DNA of 64,000 bases from Emiliania huxleyi CCMP1516. Taxonomy: Eukaryota. The stretch is from assembly GCF_000372725.1 (NCBI RefSeq), contig NW_005202303.1, positions 186,001 to 250,000 of the forward strand. Reading direction: 5' to 3'. A model generated the notes under the pieces. It did not search any database and was not told the DNA's origin. It saw only the letters and a program-made list of their open reading frames with translations. Positions 60,781 through 64,000 of this stretch are shown one piece after another. How positions within the stretch are numbered: the first letter of the stretch is position 1; each line of letters begins with the position of its first letter. Both the position numbers and the translations under genes were made by a program.

Positions 60781-63635
60781 ATGTGCGCCTCGTCGTCCGC
60801 TGCCTCGAGCAGCGACTCCGCGCCGCCCGCGCCGGCGCCCGCGCCGAAGCGCCGCCGCTCCACCTCGCCGACGCTCGCCCGACGAGCCGTCGTCTCCAAC
60901 ATGCACGGCAAGCTCTCGCGCACCATCTCGATTGACCGGCTTCCAGAGGAGGGGAAGCGGCTGACCCGCGCGTCGAAGCTGGTGCGCGCCCTCGCGCCCG
61001 CCGCCGCGAGGCCCCGAGGGTGCGCGCGCGCACCCTCCGCCTCCCCCCTCCTCTCACCCCCGCGGTTGCACCGCCCGGCAGGTTCGGATGCCGAGCGAGG
61101 ACTCGGTGGAGCGGCGCGTGCTGCACCTGCTGCTGCGGCCGCGCGAGTGGGCGGCGCAGCCGGCCGCGCAGAAGAGCGAGTTCCCGCTCGAGCCCGAGGA
61201 CGTCATCCGCCTCTGCGACGTCGTGCAGCCGCTGCTCGAGGCGAGGGCACACATTCCGAGAAGCTTCCGCCGCCATGCAACCACCGCTGCCGAGATGGCC
61301 GCTGGGCGCCGGGGCCTCGCCGCGCACCGCCCAGACGCGCTGTAGCTGTCACCGCTGCCGCGCCGCCGCGCCCCACCCCTCCCCGCCCTCCCCGCCTGAC
61401 GCTGCCCTGCTCTTGACCCTGCTCTCGCCCTGCTCTTGCCAGGCGGAGCCGACGCTGCTGCGGCTCTCGGCACCGGTCAAGGCGTTTGGGGAGCTGCACC
61501 GGGGGGTAGACGTAGACATGGGGGGTGGTCTGAAAGGCGGCCTCGTCTTGTCCAGGTCTTCGGGGACCTGCACGGTCAGTACTCTGACCTGATGCGCCTC
61601 TTCGAGTCGTACGGAGTGCCGCGCAAGGAGGGCGGCGACATCGGCATCATCGACTACCTCTTCCTGGGGGACTTTGTCGACCGAGGCGAGCAGCGCACCG
61701 CTTCCGAGCTCGCCGCTGCCTCTCTCTCCTCTCGTGTGTCTCTCTGTCTCTCTGTCTGTCTCTCACTCTCTCGGTCCGACGCCACTTCCTCCCCCTCGCC
61801 GCCACTTCCAGGCAAGCACTCCCTCGAGACGGTCGTCCTGCTGCTCGCCCTCAAGGCCCGCCATCTCGCGGCCTTACCTCCATTACGTGTGTCATCACCA
61901 TCGCGCATCGCACCGCCGTGCCTAGGCGGCCCACCCACGCGCTGTCTTCCTTGTGCGCGGCAACCACGAGTCTCCCGAGGCGAGATCTCGGCGAGAGCTC
62001 GGCCAGAGCTCGGCTAGATCTCGGCGAGAGCTCGGCGAGATCTCGGCGAGATCTCGGCGAGATCTCGGCAATCGCTAGTCTCCCGAGGCGAAGACTGGCC
62101 GCAAGACTCTCTCGGGCACCACCCCCTCTGACACCCCCTCTGACAACCTCTATTACACCCAGCCACGTCACAGATGAATAGGGCACCGGCACAGCAGACC
62201 AAACACACACGCACCGCCCGCCCCTCGCCCCTCGCCCGCCCGCCCCTCTCCCCTCGGCCAGGTGAATGCGCGCGACGGCTTCCTGCACGAGTGCGCCCTG
62301 CGGCTCGGCGGCAAGAAGCCAGGCGTCGCTGTCTGGCGCCGCCTCAACTTGCTCTTCGAGTGGCTGCCGATGGCGGCGACGGTCAACGGCTGCATCCTGT
62401 GCGTACACGGAGGAAGCGTCGCGCCGACAGCGCACGCCTCGGCAAGGCGGCGGTCCTGTGACCCGCCTCGGGGCTGGCCTCTCTCTAGGCATCGGCAAGA
62501 CGCTGTGCTCGCTCGAGCAGATTGCAGAGATGCAGCGGCCGCTGCGCGTGGGTGGCCAGCGCGCGGACGGCTCATGCCCCGCCCAGGACGCGTCCACGAC
62601 ACGTCCGAGACGGCCTGTCCGCAGGCGGGCAGCACGCGGAGCTGATGCTCGACTTGCTCTGGTCCGACCCGACCAAGTCCGACGCCGTGGAGGGCGCGCA
62701 CACATAGCCGATACGTGGCCGAGAGGTGGCCGAGAGGTGGCCGAGAGGTGGCCGAGAGGTGGCCGAGACCAGGTCCGCCGGGGAGGGCGAGCCCCACATC
62801 GGCCGACGAGCGAGCGCCTCCCTCCCTCCTCCCCCGAGCGCCTCCCCGCACCTCTAGGCGTCCACATGAACGATGAGCGAGGGTCGCCCGTCGTCTGCTT
62901 TGGGCGCGAGATGTAGCCGAGATACAGCCGAGATACAGCCGAGATAAGCGCCGTCGCGTCCCCTCCCTCCTCGCGGCAAGCCGCGGGTGCATCGACGCCC
63001 TCCCCCCATCCCTCGCCAGGCCCGACCGCGTCGCTTCCTTCCTCGCCGCAAACAAGCTCAAGCTCATCGTGCGCGGGCACGAGTGCGTCATGGACGGCTT
63101 CCAGCGCTTCGCGGGCGGCAAGCTCGTCACCGTCTTCTCGGCGACAAACTACTGCAACCGGTGGCAGAACGCGGGCGCGATCCTGCTCATCGGGAAGGAC
63201 CTCGAGATCACGCCAAAGATGATCTTCCCCGTCGAAGAGATCGAGGACGCGTGGCTGCGCTGCGAGGAGGTCGACCACATGCGGCCGCCGACGCCGCCGC
63301 GCGAGCAGGACGACGCCGACGAGGACGCGACGCCGGCGGCCGGAGGGCGCGGGCCCGGGGGTCGCAAGCCGCGCTCGAGCCCGCGCGTGGCGGGCGCGCC
63401 GCCGGTGCCGTCGCCGACGAAGCGCAACCTGTCGGCGAGCTTGGGGTTGGGCGCGATTGCGGAGCGGCGTGCGACTGAGCCGACGGAGGAGGAGGGGGCG
63501 GGCAGCGACGGGGAGCGCGAGGAGCAGGAGCAGGAGCAGGAGGCGAGCGGCGCGACGGAGGCTGCCTCGCCGCAGTCCTCGCCGCAAGAGGAGGAGGAGG
63601 AGGAGGTCCCCATCGGCACTCGCCCGCAGGAGTAG
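60781..63635 (+). CDS. PPP-family Ser/Thr phosphatase of the PPKL/BSU1-like type, without Kelch repeats, multi-exon
   Basis: [35 protein letters not shown]...[52 protein letters not shown]...NAGA, RPPTPPR. Confidence 0.9.
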
Positions 63636-64000
63636 TCCGCCAGCCGACTCCGCCAGCCGACGCCGCGCTGCTCGCGCGTTGGCGCCGATTCCCGGTCCCG
63701 AGCTTGTCGCCTCCTCAAGCTCCGCCGCCCCGAGCGCCGTCGGTCGCTTGAGGAGATGGCCGGATGTTCGCGGCCGTACCTGAGATTTACCTGTGACTGT
63801 GTGCTCTCACATACGGTAGACTTTTTTGAGCACCGCCACCGGCCACCGCTGTGCCTGTGGGTGTGGCAGCCGCCAGAGAGAGGGCACCCAGGAGCGGTGA
63901 GCGCAGAGCCGCAGAGGGCAGAGAGAGCCCTGCACGGTGCGCTCACACAGCCTGAGTCCTGACCTCCCCCTGTGTGTGGACAAATACACCGCTCATCGGG

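Noticed and set aside
248..63989. Most Arg/Ala/Pro-rich overlapping ORFs in the six-frame track
   Set aside because: These are shadow ORFs expected from very high GC content and repeats, antisense or out of frame to the real genes.

Overview
GC-rich eukaryotic nuclear DNA, most likely a haptophyte such as Emiliania/Gephyrocapsa huxleyi. This is inferred from the very high GC content, many GC-AG introns and 10-11 bp intronic tandem repeats. There are three 100-N assembly gaps. About 18 protein-coding genes can be supported: a CCHC zinc-knuckle RNA-binding protein, PH-ArfGAP-C2, a TRF4-like nucleotidyltransferase, EXO1, a lumen-targeted superoxide-reductase-like protein, a UBA-UIM-aspartyl protease, a Myb factor, STT3, a GT14 glycosyltransferase, a peroxisomal double-SCP2 protein (plus a broken duplicate), an ABC1K kinase, an SLC52-like transporter, a class III aminotransferase fragment, two Pro-rich membrane proteins and a Kelch-less PPKL-type phosphatase. 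The standout is a head-to-head pair of mycosporine-like amino acid (MAA, UV sunscreen) genes, mysD (43906-45191, -) and mysC (45641-47578, +). They are 449 bp apart and sit next to the SLC52-like transporter. Non-coding structure includes two DNA transposons with identical TIRs and 8-bp TSDs but different internal motifs, CRE-like retrotransposon fragments, a TRIM-like element and a ~2 kb direct duplication. Many introns are bounded by direct repeats of the flanking exon sequence. Family assignments come from remembered motifs, not database searches, and exon boundaries were read by eye.
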